A stretch of 55,098 nt of DNA, the filler included, from Squatina squatina (Eukaryota), in assembly GCA_031763465.1 (NCBI GenBank). It is 3 parts of 3 records of this genome, joined end to end, with 100 filler letters (N's around TTAATTAATTAA, not from the genome) between each part and the next. Parts side by side here need not be neighbours in the genome. Positions count along the whole stretch, not along the records: positions 1 to 16,275 come from JARFOE010000168.1; 2 more parts are not named here. One strand, given 5' to 3'. How positions within the stretch are numbered: the first letter of the stretch is position 1; each line of letters starts with the position of its first letter. Positions 1-12,599 of this stretch are shown piece by piece. The notes under the pieces are model-generated. The model was not told the DNA's origin and did not search any database. It was given only the letters and a program-made list of their open reading frames with translations. Position numbers and translations under genes: made by a program.

Positions 1-600
1 TTTTTCTATATTTAACCCGTGCTGTACCTGCCCTGGGAGCGTTTTTTGGGACACTGTACAGGGAGCTTAACTCTGTATCTAACCCGTGTTGTGCCTGCCC
101 TGGGAATGTTTGATGCGACAGTGTAGAGGGAGCTTTATTCTGTATCCAACCCATGCTGTACTTGCCCTGGGAGTGTTTGTTGGGACAGTGCAGAGGGAGA
201 TTTATTCTGTATCTATCTCGTGCTGTACCTGCCCTGGGAGTGCATGAGGGGGCAATGTAGAGGGAGCGTTACTCTGTATCTAATCTGTGCTTTACCTGCA
301 CTGGGAGTGTGTGAGGGGCGGTGTAGAGGGAGCTTTACTCTGTCTCTAACCCATGCTGTACCTGTTCTGGGAGTGTTTGATGGGACAGTTTAAAGGGAGC
401 TTTACTCTGTATCTAACCCATGCTGTACCTGCCCTGGGAGTGTTTGAGGGGACTGTGCAGAAGGAGATTTACTCTGTATCAAACCCGTGCTGTACCTGCC
501 CTGGGAGTGTGTGAGGCGACAGTGTAGAGGGAGCTCTACTCTGTCTCTAACCATTGCTGTACCCGTTCTTGGAGTTTTTGATTGTACAGTGTAGAGTGAG
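1..600. repeat. 67-bp tandem repeat/minisatellite, ~9 copies, within a GPR153 intron
   Basis: The unit ctctgtatctaacccgtgctgtacctgccctgggagtgtttgatgggacagtgtagagggagcttta recurs with ~67-nt period (e.g. 71, 138). It resembles a common shark tandem repeat. Confidence 0.95.
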
Positions 601-657
601 GGTATAACCCTGAACAACACCAACTTTAGTGTCTGGAGCCCATGTTTAGACAGGTAC

Positions 658-842
658 CTGTAAATACTGCATCTTATCCTCTTGCATCTCTCTCATTGGG
701 TACACCTGTGGAACTCCCCTCTCCAGTGCTGAAAAATCATATTTGGCAATGCGATCCACTGTCAGAATTTCAGTGGTGCAGTTATAATCGTAGGGCCTTT
801 CATAGAAGGATTCAGGGTGAATTGTTCCATCTTGACTGTTTT
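658..842 (-). CDS. GPR153: GPR153 internal coding exon (185 nt, cytoplasmic tail)
   Basis: Acceptor TTTGTTGCAG|AA and donor CAG|GTACCT. Peptide ENSQDG...[33 protein letters not shown] matches the remembered GPR153 motif [33 protein letters not shown]. Its phase-1 start fits the exon at 1795-1984. Confidence 0.9.
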
Positions 843-1375
843 CTGCAACAAAGAAATTCATTTTATGAATTAATTCGGATTTGAAATGTGCAAAACTCCA
901 TCTGCAACATGTCTCCTCTTAGAAGGCAATCTTAAAGAAGCTTGAAATTCAATTCAAAATTGCAAAATAAATGTGTTTTACACTACAAGAGAGCGTAACA
1001 GTGCATCACACATGAGAGGGAATGGGCTGACTAAGCAATTAAGTTTACACAGAGATCTTAGCACACTGACTGTGCAGTACATAGAAGTGCTGCATGCATG
1101 GGGGCACGTTCAGAGCGGAGATTATGCACAACTTAGGGACTCTGCATGAATTGAACTATACACAACACAGGGACAGGCCCTTGTGCTGCACACTATGCAG
1201 TGGAGCTGTACAGAAAGGATCACACCGCAACATTGCCCAGACTGGGTCATCAACTGCAGCCTTGTAGGGGGCTGGACCATGTCCCATGTAGGGAAGCATC
1301 ACAGATAGGGCCAGGTGCCACACAGAGGCACTGCACATAACGGATTGTGTACTACACAGTGAAGACTGGGCAATG

Positions 1376-1543
1376 TACGAAACAGCGACACCACACGGGC
1401 TGGCGTACACAGCGACACCGCACGGGTTGGCGTACACAGCGACACCGCACGGGTTGGCGTACACAGCGACACCGCACGGGTTGGCGTACGCAGCGACACC
1501 CCACGGGTTGGCGTACGCAGCGACACCCCCACGGGTTGGCGTA
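1376..1543. repeat. 27-bp CpG-rich intronic minisatellite, ~6 copies
   Basis: Unit tacacagcgacaccgcacgggttggcg in tandem; it accounts for the repetitive ORFs in several frames. Confidence 0.95.
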
Positions 1544-1794
1544 CTCCACACAAGGTTCTCACATGAACTGGGACAAAGACCTTAGATAGCCAAAATCTAT
1601 ATTACACGGGTGGAGGCTAGGCTGCACAAATTACATATGGTGTAGCATTTTAGAATGCAACAAGGAGATAAATCCAAGACCCCACTTGATTAAGGAGCAC
1701 ATTGTTATAGAGGTGGTTAATTAGGAGACAAAAATTAAATAGTGCAAAGATTACTTGAACCATATGATAAAATTCAATAAAGAAGGAAGATTAC

Positions 1795-1984
1795 CTTCAT
1801 CCAAGTCATCATTGGACATAATAGCTACACATTTTTCCCAGACACTTTTCACATCAGCCCTGTAGCGGTCACAAGCCCAAAGGAACAATGGCAGGAGAAT
1901 AGACTGCACGATGGAGCACCACAGGAAACACAGCACCATCCAAGTGTAAGAGGTGTCATACTTGAGGCTTGCAAAGCTCAACAC
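1795..1984 (-). CDS. GPR153: GPR153 internal coding exon (190 nt, TM7 and helix 8)
   Basis: Acceptor ttttcttttgtag|GTG and donor GAAG|[66 protein letters not shown] carries the GPR153-type [11 protein letters not shown] motif (GPR162 has FIWSCERYRAD). Confidence 0.9.
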
Positions 1985-2073
1985 CTACAAAAGAAAAAGG
2001 ATAAGGTTACTTGAAATCGGAAGAGCTCAGGAACACTCTCAAACAGGGATTACCTTTCATACACTCAAGTTAT

Positions 2074-2795
2074 GGGGTTGAAATTCGGTACTGCCGGCAG
2101 TAGCCGAGGCGAGGCGGGACTTCCTGCACCCAGGACGGGAGTCCCGTCCCGGCTGTGAAATTGGGATTACCACGCCTGAGAGGAAGTGAATTGCAATGTC
2201 GGGCATGGGACTGGGGGCGGTAAATGCGTGAATTTTCCAGCGCTACGTGGCCTCAGCACTAGCTCAGGGTCCTCCCCGTCCGTTAAAGGGGAGAGCATGC
2301 TGCGAGCTCTGAAGTGGGGTGATTGGCCTCCACTACGCCACTGGGGATGCAGGGTGCCATGGCCACAGCCTGGCACAGAAGCAGAGTGCCGTGCTACACC
2401 ATCGCGGCACAGACCCTGTGAAACAGACCACAGAAGGACAGACTGGTAAGTCGGCTGGGAAAGAAAATGGCGCTGCGCACCTCCCCTCTACTTTTCACCC
2501 CGCGAGCGGAGTTCGGCCCGGTTCATGACCTGCGAAGCTGGCGCTGACATCGCCTGTGGCGGCCTCATGCGATGCTGCCCAATTTTGGCTGCGGGGTGAA
2601 AACAGGTCGCTGCGCATGGCGATGACATCATCATCACCAGCGCAGTGGCCCAGGGTGTTACCGGTGGAAGTAGGGTGCTGCCGGTTTTGCGCCTCCGCTA
2701 ACTCCTGTGGAATTTCGCGGGAGGCGGTAGCGGCCCCGGGCGAGAAATCGTTTGCGCCCCTAACGGGAGGCGCATTCGATGCAAGTTTTGCCCCC
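2074..2795. mobile_element. GC-rich non-autonomous DNA transposon (Harbinger-like MITE), copy 1
   Basis: Begins ggggttgaaatt and ends aagttttgcccc. Internal blocks are homologous to 39724-40033 and 46190-46860. No clear TSD. Confidence 0.65.
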
Positions 2796-2819
2796 TTGGT
2801 CTCCTTAATAACGAAGGAT

Positions 2820-3300
2820 ATATGCAAGAAAAGTTCACTGAACTGATTCCTGGGATGGGGGGGGGATTATCCCACGAGGAGAGATTGAGTAGACTGTCTT
2901 CTCGAGACTTTAGAAGAATGAGAGCTGATCTCATCAAAACATACAAAATTCTTACAGGGCTTGACAGGGTCGATGCAGGGAGGACGTTTCCCCTGGCTGG
3001 GGAGTCTAGAACCAGGGCTCACAGTCGCAGAATAAGGGGTCGGCCATTCAGGACTGAGATGAGGCAAAATATCTTCACTCAGAGGGTGGTGAATGCTTGA
3101 AATTCTCTAAGCCAGATGGCTCTCAGTCCTTGAGAACATTCAAGACAGGGATCGATAGATTTTTGGATATTAAGGGAATCAAGGGAATTGTGGATAGTGC
3201 AGGGAAGTGAAGTTAAGGTAGAAGATCAGCCATGATCTTATTGAATGGCGGAGCAGGCTCGAGGGGCCAAATGGCCTACTCCTGCCCCTGCTTATGTTCA
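2820..3300 (+). mobile_element. CR1 LINE 3' end (ORF2 C-terminus and 3' UTR)
   Basis: LIPGM..LSHEERLSRL..RRMRADLIKTYKILTGLDRVDAG...FTQRVVNA, followed by the UTR motif gaatggcggagcaggctcgaggggccaaatggcctactcctg. Confidence 0.9.
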
Positions 3301-3756
3301 TAATTCAATACTGGCCTTGGAGGAAGTAGAGTGCAGATTCACCAGAATGATAACAGGGCTTAAAGGTTTAAATTATGAAGACATGTTGCCTAAACTTGGG
3401 AGGGTGAAGGGCAGGAGGAAAAAGGATGTGATAATCATATTGTATAGAAACAGAAGATGGGTCCAGAGGTGGTGTAAATGGTCACAGCAGAATAACATAG
3501 GGGGAGGGAAGCATGAAAAACCTGGCAAAGAGAAGGCTCCCGAGAGGCCCGGGATAGTGGCGGAGAAAGGCGGGTAGACCCCAAGGGTGCGGACCACCCA
3601 CCGGCAATGTACCGATGGGGAATCCCCGCCGTCAGCAACAGGCCCATAAAATGGGTTTAATTGTCGCTAATGCACAGGTGTGGCATTATATTGGGCACAG
3701 TACCAGTAGCAGGAACCATTAATGAAATGGAGTTGGGACCACCCGGACTATTTGCT

Positions 3757-3951
3757 TTATTCGTTCCTGGGATGTGGGCATCACTGGCAAGGCCAGCATT
3801 TACTGTCCATCCCTACTTGCCCTTGAGAATGTGGTGATAAGTCGCCTCTTGAACCTCTGCAGTCCTTGTGGTGAAGGAGCTCCCACAGTGCTGTTAGGGA
3901 AGGAGGTTCCAGGATTTTGACCCAGTGACGACGAAGGAACGGCGATAGACT
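3757..3951 (-). mobile_element. 3' end of a LINE-like repeat (tail shared with SINEs at 8413 and 11690)
   Basis: Its reverse complement matches 40419-40665 (caagggcaa..agggatgg.ca.taaatgctg..cttgc...catccca.gaa.gaat). Confidence 0.7.
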
Positions 3952-6142
3952 NNNNNNNNNNNNNNNNNNNNNNNNNNNNNNNNNNNNNNNNNNNNNNNNN
4001 NNNNNNNNNNNNNNNNNNNNNNNNNNNNNNNNNNNNNNNNNNNNNNNNNNNGGGCGCAAATTCATGTCTTACCATTCCATATAGTTGTGCCAGTGCACTG
4101 TACTCACCAATTGAGTATTGAGTGCTTGCAACGCTCACAAAAGGAAAAAGAACTTTCATCCTGTTATTAAATTTGACAGTTTACAAATTAGGTTATGCTG
4201 ACTTAAAAGGTTTTCTCTCCATGGAGAAGGTATTTGTTTTGAAATCTATTTTCGGTTTCTAAGTTTAAAATAAGCACTTTCCCTCAATTAGGTTTACCCG
4301 TGCTGTTCTCCATTTCCCACCCACAAGAGCAGCTGTCGATCTGTTTGCTCCCAGATCTCTACCAATGCTGTTTTGTAAATGGCCAATAGCAGACCCATTA
4401 CACAAGCCTTGGATGGCTCTCTGAATTTCTTTCCCTCCCTAGGGGATAGCACTCGAACTCCACTCTGCTTCTCCCCATGCCCAGCATAGCTGATGTTGGC
4501 AACGCATCAAATTTGCGAATCACAAGCATGAACCTAATCCAGGGCACAGTATTTGGAGCCACACGCATCGTACGCCTCACGCTACCATTTTCTCCCCTCT
4601 CCTTATCTTCTTCTAAGCATAGTAACTCCTCACAGGGATACGATTCCACAGATGCTGGATGCCCGTCTAGCACACTGGCTAAGTGGCCATCCTTCATTTA
4701 TGAAACTTGACAATGAATATTGGCAGGCTGTTCAACTGGGGGAGCAGCACAACCAAGTTCAATCCTAGTCAACTATAGCACCCATTCAGGTCACTCCCAT
4801 TTGGAAAGGAAGGATTTATTAAGGGAGCTGTCAGCAAAGTTTCATTGGTCTGAAAAAGATATCGATTCATATTACACTAATGGATTCTGTTTACTCACAA
4901 AAGCTTTCATGTTGAATTCACAAAACCCTCATCAGAATTTATACTAGACAAAATTATAAATCAAAGAAAATAGTTGCTATTAAGGAAGAGATACTTNNNN
5001 NNNNNNNNNNNNNNNNNNNNNNNNNNNNNNNNNNNNNNNNNNNNNNNNNNNNNNNNNNNNNNNNNNNNNNNNNNNNNNNNNNNNNNNNNNNNNNNNACCC
5101 CCAACCCCAGAAAGTCCTCCAGGGTCAGCAACGCCGGTTCCTGGTAGGCACATCTCACTATTTGCACACAGATAGCCCCCACCACCACCCACACCACGAT
5201 CCACTCCAAATTCCTGGCAGCCAAACATCCATCTGAAATACTGAAACAAGCAGACTGGAATTTGATTTAACATCTCACCCAAAGGACGGCACTGGCGAGT
5301 CAGCCTAGACTGACTACTCAAGTCCCGCAATGGATCCTGAAACCCTTCTGTCCTGAGTCAATGTCTGCCGGAGAGGAAGGGGAAGAAAATTCAACAGCGA
5401 ACTAGATAAAGCAGATCAGAACTGCTCCTACCTGCTTCCAAGAGAAAATATTTTCATCCCCTTCAAGTGCCCGATCTGGAAAGAAGAAAATTGACAATTC
5501 TATGTGTAAATCATTTCAGTAAAAGAAACCCAAATATTAGTCTCCTGCTGCAGGAAACTCAATTCAGCAGCCTACCGAAGGCAGAGCTGCCAGACAATTC
5601 TTAAAATAAAACCCTAGCTGAAGAAAGAAGATGTACAGCGTTAATAACCGGATCCAAGACTCACCCTGCACGTTACTTCAACATCGCGGTCTCAGTGCAG
5701 AAATCAGCCTCTGTCAATTTTACAGGTACTTACCCCTTCTTGACAGACGGACACATTACATTGAGAAACGGCTGGCAAAACTGTCTAAAACAGAGGATGG
5801 GTTGTTCAATCTCCAAGACCAGTTTGTGGAAAAGATAAAACATTAATGCAGGCTGGTCCCTGCAGCGAGCGTTTCCATGGTCATGTATGCATTAGGGGTG
5901 ATGCAAAAACAAATGATCAGAATCCAGTCTTAACTTCCTCCCCCTACGAAGGCCTAAATTCCTGTTTTTGCCTCAGTTTTTGCTGCTTTTCTCACCACCA
6001 CAGTCCCGACCGTTGCCTTTCGTACAGTGGAACATAAGGATATTTTTAAAAAGGCCATTCGGCCCAGCAAGCTGATCCATTTATCATAGATCAACCCATC
6101 CAACCCTCTCCTCACCTTATGCCTCAATCCTTTCCCTCTTTA

Positions 6143-6314
6143 GGAAAGGAAGACTTGCATTTACACAGGGCCTTTCACAATCTCAGGGCATTCCAATGTG
6201 CTTTACAGCCAATGAAGTACTTCTTGAAGTGTAGTCACTGTTGTAATGAAGGAAATGCAGCAACCAATTTGCATAAAGCAAGCTCCCACAAACAGCAATG
6301 TGATAATGACCAGA
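6143..6314 (-). mobile_element. Deu-domain SINE (SacSINE1/AmnSINE-like), 3' fragment
   Basis: Reverse complement of the 3' half of the copy at 32310-32711; truncated by a gap. Confidence 0.85.
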
Positions 6315-6414
6315 NNNNNNNNNNNNNNNNNNNNNNNNNNNNNNNNNNNNNNNNNNNNNNNNNNNNNNNNNNNNNNNNNNNNNNNNNNNNNNNNNNNNNN
6401 NNNNNNNNNNNNNN

Positions 6415-7444
6415 CAGGCAGTGACTAGTGGGGTGCCGCAAGGCTCAGTGCTGGAACCCCAGTTATTTACAATATATATTAATGATTTAGACGAAGGAAT
6501 TGAATGTAACTTCTCCAAGTTTGTGGATGACACGAAGCTGGGTGGCAGTGTGAGCTGCGAAGCGGATGCTATGAGGCTGCAGGGTGACTTGGATAGGTTA
6601 GGTGATTTGGCAGATGCATGGCAGATGAAGTATACTGTGGATAACTATGATTTGGTAAAACCAAGAAGGCAGATTATTACCTGAATGGTGGCAGATTCGG
6701 AAAAGGGGAGATGCAACGAGATCTGCGTGTCATTGTGCATTAGACGTTGAAAGTAGACATGCAGGTACAGCAGGCAGTGAAGAAAGCAAATGGCATGTTG
6801 GCCTTCATAGCGAGATGATTTGAGTATTGGAGCAGGGAGGTCCCACTGCAGTTATACAGGGCCTTGGTAAGGCCACACCTGGAGTATTGTGTGCAGCTTT
6901 GTTATCCAAATCTGAGGAAGAACATTCTTGCAATGGAGGAAGTGCAACGAACGTTCAACAGATTGATTCCCGGGATGGCAGGACTGACATGTGAAGAAAG
7001 AATGGATCGACTAGGCTTATATTCACTGAAATTTAGAAGAATGAGAGGGGATCTTTTAGAAACATATAAAATTCTTAAGGGATTGGGCAGACTAGATGCA
7101 GGAAGAATGTTCCCGTTGTTGGGGATGTCCAGAACCAGGGGTCACAGTTTAAGGATAAGGGGGAAGCCATTTAGGACCGTGATGAGGAAAAACTTTTTCA
7201 CCCAGAGAGTTGTGAACCTGTGGAATTCTCTTCCACAGGAAGCTGTTGAGGCCAGTTCATTAGCTATATTCAAAAGGGAGTTAGATGTGGCCCTTACGGC
7301 AAGGGGGATCAGGGGGTATGGAGAGAAAGCAGGTACGGGGTACTGAGTTGAAAGATCAGCCATGATCGCGTTGAATGGCGGTGCAGGCTCGAAGGGCCGA
7401 ATGGCCTTCTCCTGCACCTATTTTCTATGTTTCTATGTTTCTAT
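6415..7444 (+). mobile_element. CR1 LINE, RT to 3' end, with (ttctatgt)n tail
   Basis: SGVPQGSVL.PQLFTIYINDLDEG..SKFVDDTKLGG and VRPHLEYCVQ...FFTQRVVNLWNSLP; ends with the tandem tail ttttctatgtttctatgtttctat. Confidence 0.95.
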
Positions 7445-7479
7445 AGTTTTCGACCAAAGGAAGAGGCTTATAGTGTTAC

Positions 7480-9580
7480 CAAGTAATTTATAAGGTAAGC
7501 CTGAAGATTCAGAGAACTTTAGAATCAGCAAAGGTGGACCAATATTTTAATAAATAAAGTGAAAATAGAATGTGAGAAAATGGGCAAAAGCTGGCAAATA
7601 GACTGGACAAGTTTCTATAGGCATGTAAGAAGACAACAATGAACGAAATTAAATTTGTGTCACCTAAAAGCTGAGACAGGAGAAATAAGGAAATTGCAGA
7701 GAATTTAAACACATTTTTTCAGCCTGTCACCACGGAACTAGACACAAGAAACCTCGCAGAAATGGCAGAAAAACAACATTCTGGCAAGAATGAGGGACTA
7801 TATAAATTAGTATAAAGCCGATAAATCCCATGGATTGGTGACCAACACCATCAGGTTTTGAAAGAGGAGGATGTTGACATTGTGGATGCATTGGTTTGCA
7901 TCGTCCAAAATTCCAGAAATTCCAGAATGCTTTCTGTGGGTTCGGAGGCAAAATTTATGAAAGGGAAATCATGTTTGACGAAACGGTAAGGGTAATTTGA
8001 GATTGTAACTAGTAGAATAGATAAGGGGGAACCAGTTGATTTGGTGGATTTCGATTTTCTGAAGGCATTCGATAAGCTGGCACACAAGGAGTTATTTAAT
8101 GACATTAGGGCTCATGGGATTGTTGTCAATATACTAACATGGATTGAGGATTAGTAACGGACAGAAAACAGAGGGTAGGAATAAAAATGTAATTTTTGGG
8201 TTGGCAGCTGTGACAAGTGGGGTAATGCAAGGATCATTGCTGGGACCTCAGCGATTCACAATCTATATCAATGATTTCACTGAGGGATTTAAATAAAATG
8301 TATCCAAGATTTCTCATGTTCGAAAGTTATGTGGAAATATAAGTTGTGAGGAGAATGCAGAGAGTATTCCACGGATATAGACAGGCTAACTGACTGTGCA
8401 AGAATATTATTATTAATTTATTCATTCACGGGATGTTGGCGTTGTTTGCAAGGCCAGTCTTTATTCCCATCCCCAATTATCCTACAGAAGGTAGCGGTGA
8501 GCCACCTCCTTCAATAACACTGAGTGGCATGTAAGGCCATTTCATAAGCCAGTTAAGATTCAACCACATTGCTGTGGGTCTGTTGTCCCATAAAGCCCAG
8601 ACCAGGCACGGACGGCAGATTTCCTTCCCTGATGTACATTAGTGAAACAGATGGGCTTTTACGACAATCCATAGCTTCAACGTCACCATTACTGATACGA
8701 TTCTGAGTTTTTAAAAAATAATAATTAATTGAATTTAAATTCACACCGACAGTAGTGGGATTTGAACACATATCTCGGCATTATTCATGAAGGCATTCAA
8801 TTATTCGCTTTGAGCTATAACCACAGTACTACTGGGAGATAAAGTGGAAAATTATGAAGTATCCACTTCGGTAGGAAAATCAGAAAAGCAAAGTATTTTT
8901 AAATGGTGAGAGATTGGGAAATATGTTGCTCAGAGCGACCTGGTTTTCTTTGTATAGGATTGACTGAAAGGCAACATGCTGCTAATGCAAGTAACTGAAG
9001 AAGCAAATGGGTTGTTGGCCTTTATTAAAAGTGGACTTGAGTCAAGATGTCTTACTGCAGTTATGTAAGGCACTAGTGAGAACACATGTGGAGCATTGTT
9101 TACAGATTTGGCCTCCTTACCAAAAACAGATGTACCTGTCAGACTGGGTAGGGGGATTGCCCTATTAGGAGCGACTGAATATATCAGGCCTGTATTCTCG
9201 AGAGTTTAAAACAATAAGAGGTGACCTAACTGAAACTTACAAAATTCTCAGAGTTCTTGAAAGATGAAATGCATGGGGAGTGTTTCCCCTTGCTTGCGTA
9301 TATAGAATCAGGGGTCACAGTCTCAGAATAAGGGGCAGCCGTTTAGGACAGATATGAGGAGAGTCGTATTCACTCAGAGGGTGGTTATTCTTTGGAATTC
9401 TCTATCCAGGAGGGCCGGGGAGCTTCAGTCGACGTATACAGTTAAGATAGAGGTTGCTAAATATTTGCATGTTAAGTGATGTGGGAAATTGCAGGAAAGT
9501 TGTCTTGAGGCAGCCATGATCTTAGTGAATGGGGGAGCAGGCTGGAGGAGCAGAATATGCAGCTCCTGCTCCTTTTTATG
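7480..9580 (+). mobile_element. Degraded CR1 ORF2 and 3' UTR, interrupted by a SINE
   Basis: Remnants of GKSCLT and DFLKAFDKLAHK, RT and C-terminal motifs, with many stops and frameshifts. Confidence 0.8.
8413..8830 (-). mobile_element. tRNA-headed SINE (MER131/MetaSINE-like core), inserted in CR1
   Basis: Minus strand has B-box gtgttcaaatccc and core gattgtcgtaaaagcccatctgtttcactaatgtacatcagggaaggaaatctgcc. Homologous to 11690-12036. The family name is from memory. Confidence 0.7.
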
Positions 9581-9847
9581 TCATTACATTCCAAAGAGCG
9601 AGCAAAAGAGACACCTCTCCTCAGGAGGCTTCATTGGGCAGTCGAATCCCGTACAGTGTGTTATTTTGTTACTTATACACCAAATACTTGCTTAAACTTT
9701 CCAAAGCTGAATGTATTCCCCATAATTACAATTATTAAGATTTCAACAGAATTCTCCTGCCATAATACTCTGCTTCTGAAACTTTCCATCTTTCACCAAT
9801 TTCCCAACCAGCAAATTGGGAGGAAAACATCAGAACCAATGACCAAC

Positions 9848-10101
9848 CTGATATAGCGACGTACATGAGACCCACTTCATGTTGTCTCTTCTAAGTTCAC
9901 AGAGATATGATGCCTCATCAAATATCGATGATTCTACTATGATGTGCTCAGCTTGATCTTTTCCTGGTATTAACTCTCCATTTCAATACCACAGGAACTA
10001 TCCTGTCTCTTTCCGGTCAGGCACCCGACATATCAGGACAATTTTTCCAGCTGACAGCGTGGCTCTTGGTTTCACTTCCAGGTTTAAAATCACGTCAGGA
10101 G
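9848..10101 (-). pseudogene. Immunoglobulin (C2/I-set-like) domain exon, pseudogenised
   Basis: Acceptor attttatttttctcatacattttcag| and donor CAG|GTTGGT. Phase-1 translation PDVILNLEVKPRATLSAGKIVLICRVPDRKETG*FLWY*NGELIPGKDQAEHIIVESSIFDEASYLCELRR shows the Ig C...WYxNG...DxxxYxC pattern. It has two stops and a 254-nt length that is not a multiple of 3. Confidence 0.75.
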
Positions 10102-10739
10102 CTGAAAATGTATGAGAAAAATAAAATATGCACAAATTATGATATGTTGAAGTACACGTATCACTTCAGCAAGAATATTTGCTTTGATGTCCATCTATTA
10201 GTATCACCTCAGTAATGAAGAATATAAAAATATCCCAAAATGGCCCACCGACAAGGTAGCATTAAAAAGTCAGGTATCCCTCCCTATGTTCAGCCGCCTC
10301 GCCTTCTTTAACCCTTCAATTATTCATCTAATACATTTAGCTTCGAGACCAGATTCTACAAGTCAGCAACAAACTCAGCCCTCTCTCATGGAACGCCTGG
10401 TATTTGTTCATCAGGTGTGGAGAGAATAAAGCAGCTGGGCTTATTCTAGTTGGAGCACAGCGGCTTCAAGAGAGATTCTACAAAATGGTATCAGGGGAGA
10501 AGGGACCTCATTTGTGGGGACTTGCTCAGCACTTTTGACCAGTGATCATTGGGCAGTTGAATCCATGCATTGAATATGTTTAATGTTTTGTATTACATTA
10601 TACTGAGAGGCTTCTTTAGAAACGTGACATATTTGGACAATTGCTGAAATGACTTTCTGTCATTTCATGATTTTCAACACCTCTGTCAAATCTCTGTTCA
10701 AAGGTGAACAGCCCACGTTCTTACCGTGAACATAAAGCC

Positions 10740-11060
10740 TTAAGCTTCACATTACTTTCATTAAATTTCCACAGCTATTCCCTGTATTAAATTGCATCTG
10801 CCATGTATCAGCACATTTCGCCAGTCTGTCTTTATCTTACTGACGTCTGTTTCTATCTTCTGAATTGTTTGCTGCATTTCCCATTTGTTATCGCCAGTAA
10901 TGTTTGTAAATATGTCCATGTAACAAAGACCTGGTCATTAATACTTCATGGATTGAGCAATGTTCCTTATATTGAACGCTGGGTGACACCACTGAATACC
11001 GCCCTCCCGCCAAGTCCGAAAAACGACAATTCACTACTAAACTGTCCTTTTTAAATCCAA
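10740..11060 (-). mobile_element. Old CR1 RT fragment
   Basis: Minus strand resembles the CR1 GVPQGS..NDL..FA.D..W..WQM.FN region; heavily decayed. Confidence 0.55.
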
Positions 11061-11089
11061 GCCAATTTATTATCTACGCTGCCACATCC

Positions 11090-12440
11090 ATTCCCTCATT
11101 GTAATCATGGGGGAGTTTAACTTTCCTATTGACTGGCCTACGTTCATTTGAATAAATATTGCAGAGGAAGAGTTCACGAAATTCATAACACATATTTTAG
11201 TGGAAGAGAATGTCAAGGAACGATATGAATGAAGGGGCATGAAGCACTATATCCAAGTTTGCTGATGATACAACGTGAGATAGGAATATAAGCTGTGAGG
11301 AGGATGCAATGAGGATTCAAATGGATAAAGATACGCTGAGTGAGACGGCAAGAACCTGGCAAATGGAATATCATGTTGATAAACATGAAGTTATCTTCTT
11401 TGGTAGGAAAACAAAACAGCAGAATTTTTTTTTAAATTATGAGAAATTGAGCAAAGTTGGTTTTCAGAGGGGCATGTGTATCTTTGCACATGAATCACTG
11501 AAAGTTACCATGCAGGGAAAGCAAGCAATGAGCAAAGCAATTGGTACATTAGCCGTGAAGACAAGAGGATTTGAGTACAGCAGTAAAGATGTCTTACTCC
11601 AATTATAAAGGACTCTGGAGAGAAATCACCTGCAATATTGTGCAGAGTGATGGTCCTCTTGACTGAGGAAGGATGGATTGTTTTAGCTTAATCACGGGAT
11701 GTGGGCTTCACTAACAAAGCCGGCATTTGTGGGCCATTCCTAATTGCCCTTGAGAAGGTGGTGCGGAGTCACCGTTTCAGATTGCTGTGGGTCTGGAGTC
11801 ACATATAGGCCAGACTAGGTAAGGACGGAAGGTTTCCTTCCCTGACGGACATTAGTGAACCTGATGGGTTTTTACAACATTCCGGTATTACTGATAACAT
11901 TTCATTTTTACAATGCCATATTTATTTAATTAACTGGATTTAAATTCCCCAACTGCCGTAACTCACATTACGGATCATTAGTCCTGGCCCACTGGATTAC
12001 TAGTGCAGTACCATAACCACTATGCCACCGTTCCCTGCTGGGATATGGTTGCCATTGAGGGAATACAACGAAAGCTCATCACCCTGATTCAATGGAAGTG
12101 GAATTGCCTGTTTGGAAGTTTGAGTAGACTAGCCCTATATTCTCTCAAGTGTGTTTGTGATCTCATTGAAAGCTACACAATACTTACAGGGCTTGACAGT
12201 GTAGATGCAGGAACGAGCAATTCCTTGGCTGGGGGCGGGGTGGGGGTGGAGTCTGGGCGAGAACCATGGTCCATATCTCAGAAAAAGGCGTCGGCCAGTT
12301 AGGACTGAGATGAGAAGTTATTTCATACATTCCAAGCGTGGAGAATCCATAGAAATCTCTAACCGGTGGTCTGTGGAGGCCCAGTAATTGAGCATAACAA
12401 GACAGTGATCGATAAGCTGCAGGATATTTGAAGGAATCAC
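11090..12440 (+). mobile_element. Degraded CR1 ORF2 fragments, interrupted by a SINE
   Basis: SKFADDT, TWQMEYHVDKHEVIFFGRK, GFEYSSKDVLLQL, DLIESYTILTGLDSVDAG. Confidence 0.8.
11690..12036 (-). mobile_element. tRNA-headed SINE (MER131/MetaSINE-like core), inserted in CR1
   Basis: Minus strand starts gggaacggtggcatagtggttatgg (A-box), followed by the same core and LINE-like tail as 8413-8830. Confidence 0.7.
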
Positions 12441-12599
12441 AGTGTATCCTCGCAGGGGCATGTTTTGGTGCTGTTGGCGAGGGTTTAAACTAACTTGGCA
12501 TGTCAATGGGAACTAAGGAGCCGATTCAGAAAGGAGAGACACAAAGCTGTAAATGAAAGGTTGAAAAGTAGCCTGTGAATTGTGAAGGCAGCTGTATCA

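Noticed and set aside
1-600. Regular repeats as a CRISPR array, or ORF 402-623
   Set aside because: Head-to-tail 67-bp units with no spacers; the ORF is incidental.
1156-1589. Repetitive ORFs (YTATPHGLA, CVRQPVRCR etc.) and a CRISPR-like look
   Set aside because: They come from a 27-bp intronic minisatellite. There are no unique spacers, and the context is eukaryotic.
1795-1984. GPR162 as an alternative identity
   Set aside because: [11 protein letters not shown] and the EDKMQYLQ exon match GPR153 rather than GPR162.
4398-4768. Overlapping short ORFs with an acceptor-like site at 4442
   Set aside because: All frames after the acceptor stop quickly, and no homology was recognised.
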